Assembly: GCA_965603825.1 (NCBI GenBank)
Contig: CBFDEM010000049.1
Location: forward strand, 5,578-69,577
Reading direction: 5' to 3'
Origin: Blepharisma stoltei ATCC 30299
Lineage: Eukaryota; Protista; Ciliophora
Length of the DNA: 64,000 nucleotides
The position numbers were made by a program, and so were the translations under genes. Positions 12,647 to 25,164 of this stretch are shown piece after piece. The number at the start of each line of letters is the position of its first letter. Position 1 is the first letter of the stretch. The notes under the pieces were generated by a model that was not told the origin of the DNA, searched no databases, and saw only the letters and a program-made list of their open reading frames with translations.

Positions 12647-13765
12647 ATGGACGCCCCACTTGTAGTTGACCTTGGTGGATTTCTCGACCATCTGGCTCAC
12701 CACCCTCACGAGCCTATTCCTCCAGCAGTAAGAGACGAATGCCAAAAAGTCGTCGACACTTTCCACAATACAGGGATCTTAATTGCCCGTGACCCTAGAG
12801 TTAACGAACAAATCAACTGGGACTTCCTCGACATGATGGAGCATTACTTCAGAAGAGCTGGGAATCAGCTTTACAATGGAGAAAAAGTGGCTGAGGTCCA
12901 CCCTGAACTGCATTTCCAAGTTGGAGCGACTCCAGAAAATGTCGAAAAGGCGAGGAACCATTGTGAAAGAATTAATAATTTGCCAGAAGACTCAAAGGCG
13001 GTGACTGAGTGCCCACCTCAATATGATGCTAAGTGGAGATACTTCTGGAGAATCGGAGACTTCTCAGCCCATCGCTCAGACGTCGAATACGAAAACGTCG
13101 TCCCTCCAGATTTCCCACAATGGACTGAACTAATGAACACCTGGGGATCTCTCATGCTCAGAACCGTAGAAACAGTCGTCAGGATGTTCGAAATCGCTGC
13201 TGGCGTCCAGCCAGAAAAAATCGTGGACATGCTCAGAGGCGCTCCACATCTACTTGCCCCAACTGGCTCTGACCTAAACAAATTTGGCAAAGGATCAGTC
13301 TTCGCAGGCTACCATTATGACTTAAACTTCATCACAATCCACGGAAAATCAAGATTCCCAGGACTTTCAGCGTGGCTTAGAAATAACCAAAAAATTGATG
13401 TCGCAGTGCCTAGTGGCTGTTTATTGCTTCAAGCTGGGAAACTTTTTGAATATATAACAGGCGGGTACGTCTTGGCAGGATACCATGAGGTCGTTTTTAA
13501 TGAAAGGACACAAGCAGCGGTAAATACAGCAAGAGAGACTGGCAGAATTCTATGGAGAGTCAGCAGTACCTTGTTCAGCCATATCAGACATGACGTGGTT
13601 CTGCATCCGATGGAAGAGTTTGCTGATAGATTTCCATTGCCAAGAGAAGAGACAATAGCGAAGTATCCACCACTTACAGCAGCTGACAGCTTGAAAGAAG
13701 AGCTTAGACTGATCAATCTTTGGAAAAACGAAAACCCAGAGGCACCAGCCAGCAGAGGCTATTAA
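12647..13765 (+). CDS. 2-oxoglutarate/Fe(II) oxygenase (isopenicillin N synthase-like)
   Basis: HxD (GYHYDLNFITIHGKSRFPGL), distal His (AGYHEV) and RxS (WRVSS). An alternative start at 12626 is possible. Confidence 0.85.
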   Translation: MDAPLVVDLGGFLDHLAHHPHEPIPPAVRDECQKVVDTFHNTGILIARDPRVNEQINWDFLDMMEHYFRRAGNQLYNGEKVAEVHPELHFQVGATPENVEKARNHCERINNLPEDSKAVTECPPQYDAKWRYFWRIGDFSAHRSDVEYENVVPPDFPQWTELMNTWGSLMLRTVETVVRMFEIAAGVQPEKIVDMLRGAPHLLAPTGSDLNKFGKGSVFAGYHYDLNFITIHGKSRFPGLSAWLRNNQKIDVAVPSGCLLLQAGKLFEYITGGYVLAGYHEVVFNERTQAAVNTARETGRILWRVSSTLFSHIRHDVVLHPMEEFADRFPLPREETIAKYPPLTAADSLKEELRLINLWKNENPEAPASRGY

Positions 13766-14877
13766 TTTAATTAGAAATTAACGTTATAAACATATTTAAT
13801 AGGAGTAACAGAAATTTGATCAAGAAAAAAAGCGATTAAAGATTTCTTAGTTATGATGGAAAATACATGAGGACAGAAAAATTAGGCTTGTTGAAGCAGA
13901 TTTTATGACTCTATTAGAAATGATCATAGAAGAGTTTAGAAAAGAGATATAATCGAAATAGAGAAGAGGCCAAGGAAAAAATTATAGGAACTATAGGACG
14001 TTAGAAAGAAAAACAATTAGTTAATAGATGAAATAGAAGAATTTAATTATTAAGCAAATTATTATATCAATCTGAGGAATTTTGTCGGATTTGGATGAGG
14101 ATGAAGCTGATTTTGCTGAAATGGAGGTTAATAGACTTATTTTTTTTGACATTATCTTTATAACATACAGTAGAAAGAGGATTAACAAAGAAGTCTTCCA
14201 AAAACCCAAGCACTTAAGATGTTTGGACAAATTAAAAGAGGAATCAAAAATTTGGAAGAGAAAAGATACAAATTTTAAAATTTAATTTTAATAGAATATG
14301 TATGTGAGGAAAATAAAGACTTGGATTAATTTTTAATCTATATTGTTTATATGCATTGCAATTGCAATAAAATGCAGTAGCATCTTTAAAGAAATCTATC
14401 TTGATTTTGGCTTTAGACTTATTGTATTTGTGATATTAATTGTAAAGCTTCCTTAAGTAAAAATAAATTAATTGCAATAAAATTAAATAGGCATAAGTTT
14501 TAATAATTCTTTATATGTAATTATAAGATTCTATAATAGCTTTTTCCCTTTTCCTTAAAAAGCTTTCATTTTTTATTTGTTTATTCTAGCCAGAAAAAAT
14601 GATGACTCATAAAACAAAAATTTCAATTGTCTTTTTGCTACCCTGCATTATTCTTTAATCTAAATTGCATTTGCTCAAATAATCCTTTACAATTCCTTTT
14701 CAATTATTATTTTTCTTCATTTTCTATTTTAATTATTTACATGCTTTCACAAATCCTTCTCTTGATTACCTACACTTATATTCATTTTTAACGTCACGAA
14801 ATTTTATAACAGAGATTTTTTATCATTCTCTTGAGAAGTAATCCATTTTAGCTGGAAGAGCTATAAAACAATTAAAG

Positions 14878-15516
14878 ATGAATTCTGATCTCAAATACAG
14901 TGAGAAACTCAGCTCAAGCCTGATTGAAAACTTATACGTTGAAGAGGAGCCGCGGTCCTCTAAATACGAACTTCAGTCAGACGATAGACTTGAGCTTGAA
15001 GAACTTATTGATGGCCACCTAATTTTAGGATTCTGGGTACACAGACCTGGTTTTAGCCGCCTATCAAGGCTTTTTACCTTAATAACAGTTGTGCTCTTTG
15101 AGCTCATGCTTGAAGAAGTGCTACTTTTTGTGTATGGGAATAGTGATAATGGAGAAATTATGGGATCCCAAGACTTAGTTTCGAATTACATAAACAAGTA
15201 CCTGGGTTATACCATTTTGGCAGTCATTACAGTGATACCGATTGAAGCCTTTATGATAGCTTCCTTGAGCTTAAACAGAAAACAAACATCGAATTGGGCT
15301 GCAGCTTCAATTGTGATAGGAATTTTGATCATGATTGGATCTGTTGTTGGGATTTTTGTTATGAACTCCCAGATGGATTTTGAATGGTACGCGTTGTGGG
15401 GCTTAAGCTTCTTTACCGGAATATTGCTAGAAGCTGGCATCGTCGAAAGCTTTTTTATGTTTGCAAGATACTTTGTCATTCAGAGTTTCGGGCCTTTTGA
15501 CAAATATATAAAATAA
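14878..15516 (+). CDS. Multi-pass membrane protein, paralog A
   Basis: 212 aa with about four hydrophobic helices; colinear paralog at 16873-17502. Confidence 0.75.
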   Translation: MNSDLKYSEKLSSSLIENLYVEEEPRSSKYELQSDDRLELEELIDGHLILGFWVHRPGFSRLSRLFTLITVVLFELMLEEVLLFVYGNSDNGEIMGSQDLVSNYINKYLGYTILAVITVIPIEAFMIASLSLNRKQTSNWAAASIVIGILIMIGSVVGIFVMNSQMDFEWYALWGLSFFTGILLEAGIVESFFMFARYFVIQSFGPFDKYIK

Positions 15517-16872
15517 TGAGATAAATAACTATTAGGACTTTAATTAATCTCACGAAAAATATTGGTTACTCTCAAAATTTTTGGAGAAAATACCATAAAC
15601 ACTTCATATTTAGTTGACCTCTTCTTTATCAGTCAATAAAATTTTGGATTAAATTACATAAAACTTACCTGAAGCATTTTTCAGACTTTTCCAGTGCCTA
15701 AATTTGTTCATCTAATCAACAATTTTACCTTATTCAAGTATTTCAATGCTATTTTCAAGCTAGAGCTGCTTAATATCTCACCTTTATAAATTAATTGATA
15801 GAAATTCTATAACATCAAAATCGAATTTTCTTTTATTATTTAAACGTGCTATATATAGATTATTCAATTCATATTAAAATTGAATAAAGTTTCAAGCTCT
15901 TATAGAATAAACCATTTTAATTACTTCTATTATTGAGCCTAGCATCGAGGTTTTGTATAATCTCTTCTGAAACTTCTGATGATTTATCGAGCTCTTGAAT
16001 GTACTTTTCAAGCTTCTCAATGGTCTTATTTACTCATGATTATTTCCTGGGGAATACTCAATTTAATAGTTCGCTCATGTTGTATAAAATGCCGCACATT
16101 CTCGTCTCTTTAATTTAACTTTAAAGTCATTTTCTATGAGTCAGAAGTATTTTCCGTGAGTCAATAGTACTGGCTTATCCTCGCTGAACTTTATTTTAAT
16201 TATTTTTCAATTTTACGAAATGATTAGAGAAAAAGAATAAAATAAATCATGATTTTATTTCTTAAGATTTAAACTTAATTTCCCAGCTAGCAAGTTCAAA
16301 TTTAAATTATGGCTCATTTTTCATTAATACCTTAACTATCTAGAAGATAAGGATAAGATTTATAATTTAAATCTTAATTATAAATAAAATTGAAGCCTCA
16401 TTGAATAAAATATTTAAAAGTTTATTCAGAAATAGCTTGATATTTTAGCATCAGCATAATAAATTAAAAAAGTAAATAAATTTGACTGCACTAAAATATT
16501 TAATATTAAATATAAATGGAATAAAGCACAAGTGTATTTTGAAAGCTCAACAAATATTATTTATTTTCGTTTTTTTAGGATTATTTGCCGTACCTGATAG
16601 TTAAATTGGATAACATTTCTTGCTTTTTTTAAATTGAGCCTGTAAATTAATTAAATAAGGTTAAAAAGCTCATATAATAGTATACTAGCGAAAAATTATT
16701 CAGTTTGATTAAAAAAAAGACTATAGAAAGGTGCTTAGATTTTAAGAATTCAAGGTATTCTCTGCATTATAGCAATGCCAAGTGCTCATGAATAATTTCG
16801 CAGCATGATTTTGACCTATAGAAAGTATAATAGAGAGAACTATTTATTTAAGATAAAAACACTATTTGATTT

Positions 16873-17502
16873 TTATTTTTCAATATGTCCAAAACTTTGG
16901 ATAAAAAAGTATCTAGCAAACATGAAAAAGCTCTCAATGATACTAACTTCTAGCAAAATCCCGACCATAAAACTTACAGCCCATAGCCTATTCCATTCAT
17001 TTCCTGCTTGGGGACTCATAAAAAAAATCCCAATAGCCGATATTATCATAACTAAAATTCCAACCACAAATGAAGCAGTAGCCCAATTCGACACTTGCTT
17101 TCTTTTAAAGCTCAGAGAAGCTATCATAAAAGCTTCAATCGGAACCGCTGCAATTATTGCCAAAATTGTATAAACGAAATAATTGTTGATATAATAGATC
17201 GCAAAGTCCAGGGCTCCCATAGCTTCTCCAATGACAATATTACTATCTGTAGAAATCAGAGCTTCTTCGAGCGCCCGCTCAAAAAGCACAATTGTCATTA
17301 GGGTAAAAAGCCTTGAGAGATGGCCAAAATCAGGTCTGCGCACAAAGAAGCCTAGTATGAGATGGCCCTCAATGAGTTCTTCAAGATCAAGTTTCTCATC
17401 TGACTGAAGTTTATGCTTATATAACTGTAGCTCCTCTTCAACATTTAAGCTTTCAATCAGGCTTGAGCTTGTTTTTTCATTGCATTTTAAATCAAAATCC
17501 AT
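16873..17502 (-). CDS. Multi-pass membrane protein, paralog B (inverted duplicate)
   Basis: Aligns end to end with 14878-15516 and shares the 5' flank TATAAAACAATTAAAG-ATG. Confidence 0.75.
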   Translation of the reverse strand: MDFDLKCNEKTSSSLIESLNVEEELQLYKHKLQSDEKLDLEELIEGHLILGFFVRRPDFGHLSRLFTLMTIVLFERALEEALISTDSNIVIGEAMGALDFAIYYINNYFVYTILAIIAAVPIEAFMIASLSFKRKQVSNWATASFVVGILVMIISAIGIFFMSPQAGNEWNRLWAVSFMVGILLEVSIIESFFMFARYFFIQSFGHIEK

Positions 17503-18839
17503 CTTTAATTGTTTTATATTTCTTTATCCAAAAATGGAAATTTTGTACACTATTCAGTAAAAATTTCGGTTAAAATTTTATGATATACAGAATTACACTG
17601 ATAAATGTAGGAATAATTGGCAATGCATGGAAAACTATGCAAATAATAGAATAACAAATTGGGGACTAAGGTAAATAAAAAGGGCTTTACCTTGCTCGTT
17701 AAAATTAATTTAGTGAAGAGTGAATAGCAGTCTTGTATGAAAAAAAACAGTGTAACCCCTTTTTTATTGTGATGCCATTTTCTCATGTTAAAATAAAAGA
17801 GGGAAAGCTATTATTGAGGATAACTATTTTTGATAAAACATTTTTTATACGGAGAATTTCGAAAACTTGTTTTATTCTTGTTTATATATAAGCTTAATTC
17901 TATTTTAATCTTTCTAATTTCTTTATGTATTTTAATAATATATCAGATTCATTAATTTATGCTAATAATAAATTGTTTTGTTATTAGTCTCCTAGATTCT
18001 ATAGCTAGTCTTTCTTTATTACCTTCGGAGAATCACTATCCTTATCTTCCTCTGAGAGCTCTTTCTTTTCTTAAGCATTCATAGAAAATGAGCACCTATG
18101 AAACTTTATACTGAAGGAAAAGGAATCTTGCTTTAATAAAAAACCAAGTAAAAAGTAATTTGAAAAAATTGCTAACTAATCGTATTTAAAATGTGACTAG
18201 ATATCCCACGATGGTAACTTCTCCCTTTTTGGCATCTTCAGTTGGATATGGGCAAAATTAGCCTTAATAGCAGCTGTGCATCAACAGTGCCCATCTTTGC
18301 ATACTCATCCTTTTTTGTATTTTCCAAAGTGGTCATGCTATTGCCTAATCTGACTTGAATTTCGCAGCATTGATAGAAAGTTCCAAAATTATTTTCTAAA
18401 TACTCTGCAAAGTGCATTCATCACATATAAACTGATCTAAAAATATCACAGTTTTACTTTTCCTATAAAATTTTTCTCTCACAAGGAAGCTCGCCTCCTC
18501 ATCACTGAGTTATCTGTTGGGTTCAATGTTACACTTAACTAAAATCAGTCATAATACAAGATCAATGCTGATTTCCATTCCCTTCAGGGTGCATTCTCAT
18601 CTGCTTCGCTGGAGAGATTATCCTTGATCTGCAAGTTAACCAATCCTTTTACTTTACTTTCGCATGAAGGATTTTCCAAAATTTTCTCTAAGATCTCTTT
18701 TCTAATCATTGGGTCAATTAATACAGTTTCCTTCCTCAATTTTACAATTTTGCTAGAACATTCTGCAAAGACTAAGCTATTAGCAGCAAAATCATTTTGG
18801 TTAAATTTATAAGAAGGATGGTTAATTACAACTATCTAT

Positions 18840-19748
18840 TTAACTAATTTCTTTAGGTTCAAAGCTGCGGCTTGTTGCACTCTGAGGTCTCATTGAAAAA
18901 GTTCCACTTTGAGACCTCCCTGAAAAAGTCGCCCTCCCAGAAAACACACTTTTAGTCCCTGTGGTCTCAGAAATAAAAATCCCTGACCCAGTTGTATGCT
19001 TTCCATCAAACCTATTTTTCTCTCTCCTATGGGCGTTTTGCATTTCTTTTTTGATATTTTGGTATTTTTTAAGCAAACTTTCCATTTCCACTGCCTTGGT
19101 TTTCTTCATCTCGTCAAAACCATTTTTCGCTTTTTGCCTAAATGCTTGCAATTCATTATCCTGCCTCTTTTGCAGGGCTGCTAAACCTTGTTTAATTTGG
19201 CTGTCTCTATCTTGGCCCCAATTTTCCTTTTCCTTTTCTTCTAGCTCTATCATTTGTTGCTGAATTGCGTGGGCTTCCACGTATTCGTGCTTGGTAACCA
19301 AGGTGTCTTGGATTCTTTTGAGGTTCAAGAATTCAGAAGAATGCTTAGGGATGATAGGGATGGAGTCTTCTAAGGACTTTTTAGTGGTCTCGTACTCGTT
19401 TTCCTGCTTCTGCTTCAGCTGGTTCTCAAGCTCTTTGCATTCTTCACGATACTTCTCCATGCGAGAATCCCAGTCATCGTTAAAATTTTTGAATTCTTCG
19501 TTAAAGGTGTTGTCGAGCTCTTCTAAGGCTTTGTTTTGACGGTCAAGAAGCTTGGCTTCACGACGATCCTTGTGGTCACGCTTGAGCTGGAGAATCCTTT
19601 GGTGGGTTTTTTCTGCTTCTAAGAACTCGCCTTGTTTTTCATAATTGCTGCGCTGCTCTTCTAAGTTTTTGCTGCGTAAGGGTTACATGAGTTCATTGAT
19701 CTCTTCTAAGTCGTGATCTGTCTCTAAAGGATTGCTATCTTTATCCAT
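18840..19748 (-). CDS. Coiled-coil protein with one 15-nt intron
   Basis: ATG at 19748. Removing intron GTAACCCTTACGCAG (19672-19686) removes an in-frame TAA and joins the frame to ORF 18840..19460. Confidence 0.85.
19672..19686 (-). other. 15-nt spliceosomal intron
   Basis: GTAACCCTTACGCAG; A at -6; in-frame stop if retained. Confidence 0.85.
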
Positions 19749-20223
19749 TAATTTAAAACTACTATTTAATGGCTAGGTTTAGATTGATTTTTTTGAATTG
19801 AAGTAAAGAGAAAGCTAAAAAATATTTTTTGTGTTTTTAGGATATGAGAAGACATTTTTATTTGGAAACAAAAAATGGTCAGATTTTGGGATTTATAAAA
19901 ATGATAGACTTGTATGTTTCATTTCTGTATAATGATTTTTGGTAAATAAAAAAATAGAAATTATAGCGTGGGTAAATAGAAATTTTTGACTGTATATAAC
20001 ATTGAGGAGTATTGTATATTTTTGAAGGAAGATAAGAATTTTGTAAAATTAAGATGGAATTTTTCAATCACTATCAATTGCAATTTCTGAAGTCAAATTA
20101 AGTGTATAATTGATATTGGGCTATTTCTAAAGCATTTTATTGGAGCAGTTTTGAGTACTTTTAAATTTAATCGTTTTATTGTCCAGTTAATTTAATAATA
20201 ATTTATTTAGCACATGATTTATA

Positions 20224-21522
20224 ATGTGCAAATTAAATTATTTCATCAGTCTTTCTCTTGTTCTCGGCACGCTTTTCCAGCCTGAACAAATTCATCTTTC
20301 TTGAACTGAGAACGAAAATGAAATGCGAGCCACCTGGGTAAATTTCCTAAACCTTGAGACTTTTATCAGATATCGCCCAATTTTATGCTCAGATATTATT
20401 CCTGACTGACTTTCAGCCCCATCTTCTTGCACTCCTTTCAATGCAGGCGAAATCATATACCGTCTCCAGTACATCTACACATCGGTAATCCCAAATTTAA
20501 GACCAGAATGCTTTTATGAGTATTTTATCGAAACTTCAATGACCCAAAGCGAAATTTATATGTTCAGTGGGAGAACTCCAGATGCCTCAGAACCATACCA
20601 AGATGCCAAAAATCCATTATCAATGGTGGTCTATGGGGACTTAGGAATTGGGAAAAACTCGCTTTTTGTGAAAAATAGTCTTATGCAGGAAATCAAGGTC
20701 AGGGATTTTTTGGGGATTATTCATATGGGAGATATCGCTTATGATATGCATGAGGACGACGGGATGGTCGGGGATAGGTTTTTAAACTCAATACAAGACA
20801 TATCAGCAAACTTCGCTTACATGGTTTTGCCTGGAAACCATGAATTAAAGCATAATCTAACCCATTACCGCACCAAATTCAAAATGCCTTTAAATTCTGC
20901 TAATGATGGAACAAGTTTTTTTTACTCTTTTAACTTAGGGGCAGCTCATTTTATTATGATTAACACTGAAATGTATATTTCAGACCACCCTGACCAAATT
21001 TTGACACAATATAACTGATTGAAAAAAGACTTAGAAATCGCTAACCAGAACCGACAAGCTTTTCCTTGGATTTTTGTATTTACCCATCGGCCTTTGTACT
21101 GCTCTTTAATTGAATTTTCTGAATGCACCAGCGAGGCTGAGATATTGAAGTCTGCTTTAGAAGGGCTATGACATGAATATGCTGTGGATATCATGTTTGA
21201 GGCTCATAATCATTATTATGAAAGGTGCACGCCAATATATAAAGATAGAGTTGTAAAGAGCGAGTATGATGATTTTAATACCCATTATAATGCAAATGCA
21301 ACTTTGTATATTATTAGTGGAAATGGAGGAAATAATGAAGGCCATAATGATCCTATTCCAGAAGTTTGACAAGATTGGACTTTAGTTATGACTGATGAGT
21401 ATGGGTATGGGAAGCTTGATGTCTTAAACAAAACTCATGTACATTGAACACAATATGGAGCTGTTAGTGGAGATATGGTAGACCATGTATGGCTTATAAA
21501 AAATAGACTAAGATTTTATTAA
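20224..21522 (+). CDS. Purple acid phosphatase (ACP7/PAPL-like), copy 1, secreted
   Basis: Signal peptide, PEQIHLS[W], GDLG, GDIAY, GNHE, THRP and AHNH motifs; six in-frame TGA codons. Confidence 0.92.
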
Positions 21523-21969
21523 TTATAGAAAAAATACTATGAATTGCATTTTACATTGAATTTAGCTTTTGGCATTGAATTTTTTAAATAAGAATCACTT
21601 TATAAATTATTTTTTTTCTCATGTATTTATGAAACGAAAATGGAAGTGAATATGCTTGGAAAAGAATTGAAAAGCCAAGAATTCTAAAAGCGGTTCAAGC
21701 GTATTGCAAACATAATAAAAGATCAGTTTATATTAGATATGCTGATGGACACAGAGAATTTTAAATAAATCAGTGTAAAAACCTTTTTTTAGGTAAACAG
21801 ATTAGCACTCAAGATTTTTTGCTGTTAACCCAGGAAAAAATTACGTTTTTTTATTTTGGGGAGTTAGTACATGAGGAAGACAAAGAAAATTAAGTATGGT
21901 GTAATAATATATCAAATGTATATATATAATCCCCAATTAAAATCATTAAGTTTAATAGATGCCAGCTAA

Positions 21970-23379
21970 TTATAGCGCTATTTGACTAAAATCATAATCT
22001 TTCAACTGTTTTATAAAGCCAGAATTCGGGCGCACGATTCGTCTTTTGTGTTTAATTAAATTTCAAGCTGATTCTATGCTCTCTTTTTGAGCTGCAATTA
22101 TATAGGCTAAAATAATTGTTGGACTTCTTGAAATACCTTTATAGCAGTGAACCAATACTTTTTCATTTGATAGTAATATATTGTGAATGAATTTTATTGC
22201 TTCAGGGAAATACTGAGAAATATTTTCTTTTTCACTATCTTTTACAGGAATAATATGGTAGTTTATATCAGGAAGTTTTTGAACATCCTCATTGTATAAA
22301 ACGCGAACTATATTTCGAATTCCTTTCTTTTTCAATTCTTCAACATCTTGGGCCGCTTCGCCTTCCTTTATTCGGCTTTCTCCTGGTACTTTCCTTTGAA
22401 TGTGGTGTTTTTTGCGTTCTCCTGAATAAGATATAAAAAGAAAGTCGCCAACGGCTTTGTCATCTTTAAACTTGCCTTTATATAGGCCTTCTCCTTTTAT
22501 TTCAAGAGTCCCGAATCCTGATTTTTTGTAATTAGCAACATATCCTTTGTAGATATTTCCATTTTTGTACTTTAATGTTCCTTTTCCTATAGCTGAGTTA
22601 TAAAGAAAGGTGTCAATATACTGTGTCCCATTTGAGAGTACCATTCACCCTTTTCCATGATGCATCAAATATTTAAAGAACCCATAATATGAGTATTCAT
22701 CACTTCAGCTTCTAGCAAGTCCGTGAGGTCTGTCGAATTGAAATTGCCCGTCCCAATGGATATTACGAGTATTCCATTGGTGCCCAAACCCATGGCAACG
22801 GTCATCTTTTCAATCTCCTTCATAGCATTTGCCCTTGGGATAGCGAATAAAACCTTTTCCATGCCTATTCCCGTAAACTCAGTCGCCAACATAAAGCAAG
22901 CCAAGGTTATTTATCTTTCTTCCTTTGCCATGATGCTCGCCATCATACCAGTCGCCTTCATAAATATATTTGGAGTCTTCTTCCATGCAAATTCAAATGC
23001 CACGCCCATTAGGAATTCTTTTCTCGTTAATTTCTCCCAAATATGTCTCATCTACTCCAGCTTTCGTGGGCTTGATTCAAGAGGGCCCTATATCTTCAGC
23101 TTTAAAGTACATTCCGTTATCTTCAAGCTCCTGATAGATTTCGTCACAGATCTTTGCACCAAAGTAAGCTTTGAAAGCTTTAAAATTTGTTGCTATTTGA
23201 ACTATAGATTTAGGTTTGTTTTGTTTGATATGTTTACGAGCCAAATACCCTCTGATAAAGGCTTGAACATAGACAAGTTGACAACTTGATCCCAAATTGA
23301 ACTTTTCTATTCTATCTTGCAGTAATGTGAGATCACTGCTAACCTGATCATTTGCATCATTGCTTGCACAGCTATCCAT
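21970..23379 (-). CDS. IQ-motif + MORN-repeat + dual-specificity phosphatase protein
   Basis: One frame with seven TGA codons. IQ motif VQAFIRGYLARK, MORN repeats (YEGDW..HGKG), catalytic HCYKGISRS, and RPNSGFIKQL. Confidence 0.9.
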
Positions 23380-23574
23380 TTTATTATCTAGAGTTGCTTA
23401 TTTAAAGTTGGCTTAAATTTAATAATTATTATGATAAAAATGAATAAAAACTTAAAAGAAAAAATGAGCATTAAGTCTTGTGTAATCTAAAGTTAAAATG
23501 CTAATTCATAAAATCTCTTAATTTTTTATATAATCTTGTTCAAAAAATATTAATCAATTTCTTATCAATTATTA

Positions 23575-23835
23575 ATGTTAGCCTTTTTTCTATTCGAGTT
23601 CGTCCTCTTTCTAAACCTCACTTTTGTAAATGGGGGGTCTACAAGCTTGAACAAATCAGAATTTCTAACCGAGAGCAACGGAGAAATGTTGTCACCTGGG
23701 TCTCATACATCAATGTGGACTCATTTGTCGTATATCGTCCTGTTCTCTGTCCAAGTGCAGATACAAGTTGGAAGACGATCCAAGGGACACCCCAAGCTTT
23801 TAAAAAGGGCATTGGGTTTTTTTAAAGTAATTTAA
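23575..23835 (+). pseudogene. Frameshifted 5' fragment of purple acid phosphatase copy 2
   Basis: Close nucleotide match to 26656-~26890, with indels and truncation. Confidence 0.85.
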
Positions 23836-24001
23836 TGCAGCAGTTTTTGGTACTTTTAAATTTAATCGTTTGTTTGCCTAGGCAATTTAATAATGCTTCA
23901 TTATGCTCATGATTTATAATGAGTAAATTAAATTATTTCATTGGCATTTCTCTTGTTCTCGGACGCTTTTCTAGCCTGAACAAATTCATCTTTCCTGAAC
24001 T
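23836..24001 (+). pseudogene. Duplicated upstream region and 5' fragment of purple acid phosphatase copy 1
   Basis: Matches ~20142-20308 (GCAGTTTT..TACTTTTAAATTTAATCG..CCTGAACAAATTCATCTTTC). Confidence 0.85.
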
Positions 24002-24199
24002 TAGGAACAGGCACAATGCTTACTCCCCCAATTCATATCTCATTTATTGATTATGGTACTATAATCTTTTCAATAGACTTTATTGCATGAGCTACTTTAC
24101 CAGATGCCTATATTTGATGAAGCAAATATTTCATTTGTTGTTAGTAAATATTCAAGACAGTTAAAGTTTGATACTAGGATAAAATATTTTCAGTGTTAA

Positions 24200-24520
24200 T
24201 TCCTCACTATTCGTGGCTATATACCTCGCTTATTCGGTAATAAATACTAAATACACCAGCTTTCTGTCTCAAATAGCCATAGTAGCACATTGAAGAGAAT
24301 TTTGTTGACTTATTTGGGTAAATTTTAAAATTTATTTTTATGCTTCCTTGCTTTTTTAACTTCCAGAACTCCAAGTCCTGAATTTTTGTAATTAACTGCA
24401 TCCCTTTATAGATATCCCCAGTTCTGCATTATATTTTACCTTTACAACAATCAGTGATCAGGAAGCTTTCAATATTGTCTATTTGAGCAAGGCCTTTCCA
24501 TATATTTTTAATGGAATGCT
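24200..24520 (-). pseudogene. Highly decayed third copy of the MORN region
   Basis: Minus-strand GDIYKRDAVNYKNSGLGVLEVK aligns with GNIYKGYVANYKKSGFGTLEIK of the intact gene; stops and frameshifts are present. Confidence 0.6.
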
Positions 24521-25164
24521 ATTCATTACTTTCAAAAACATTACAGATTATAATAGATAAAGATAGCAAAATTTACTTTAAGCCCCCTTTAGGGGGGTAG
24601 CATTTTGATAAATAAAATGAGCATCGAAGAAGAAAACTAACTCCTCAGAGTCTGCAAGAAGTTGATAGCAGCACGAGAAATGAAAGTTTGAGCTCTCCAG
24701 GATTATCTGATATATATAGCAACTCAGGAAAAACAGACCTGGAAATGTCTCACCTGGAGAGTCCATTAAAAGACTAAAGTAATAGAATAGCAGCATAGAA
24801 TCATCAATCGACTATCACAAGGGAAGTAGACATAAAAGAAGTGCAAGCGAACTAATAGGCAAGAAAAAGAAGATACTCAATCCTGGATGGCACAGACCAA
24901 AAACAAAAAGCTACGAGCCAACATTTGGCTCAACAGTTTGGCTCAACAGTTTGGCTCAATTTCAAATAAAGAAGTAATGATTTTTATATAGAAGAAGAAA
25001 AGCCAAAAACCCTAAAATCGGTTGGACTAATGCAATATAACACAATAAAACTTCCTCAATCAAATTTAATATTAAACTTATAAAAATATTTTATAAAATA
25101 AAAATTAATATATCATTATTTGCATGAAATTTATAGTTGAAGCATAATTAGATGCCATATTTAA

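Noticed and set aside
22665-23289. Overlapping ORFs 22723..23289 (+) and 22665..22904 (-), and similar short antisense ORFs throughout the track
   Set aside because: They are shadow or alternative-frame ORFs of real genes and carry no motifs.
24922-24959. 13-nt tandem repeat TTTGGCTCAACAG, about three copies
   Set aside because: Local slippage in decayed sequence with no further structure.
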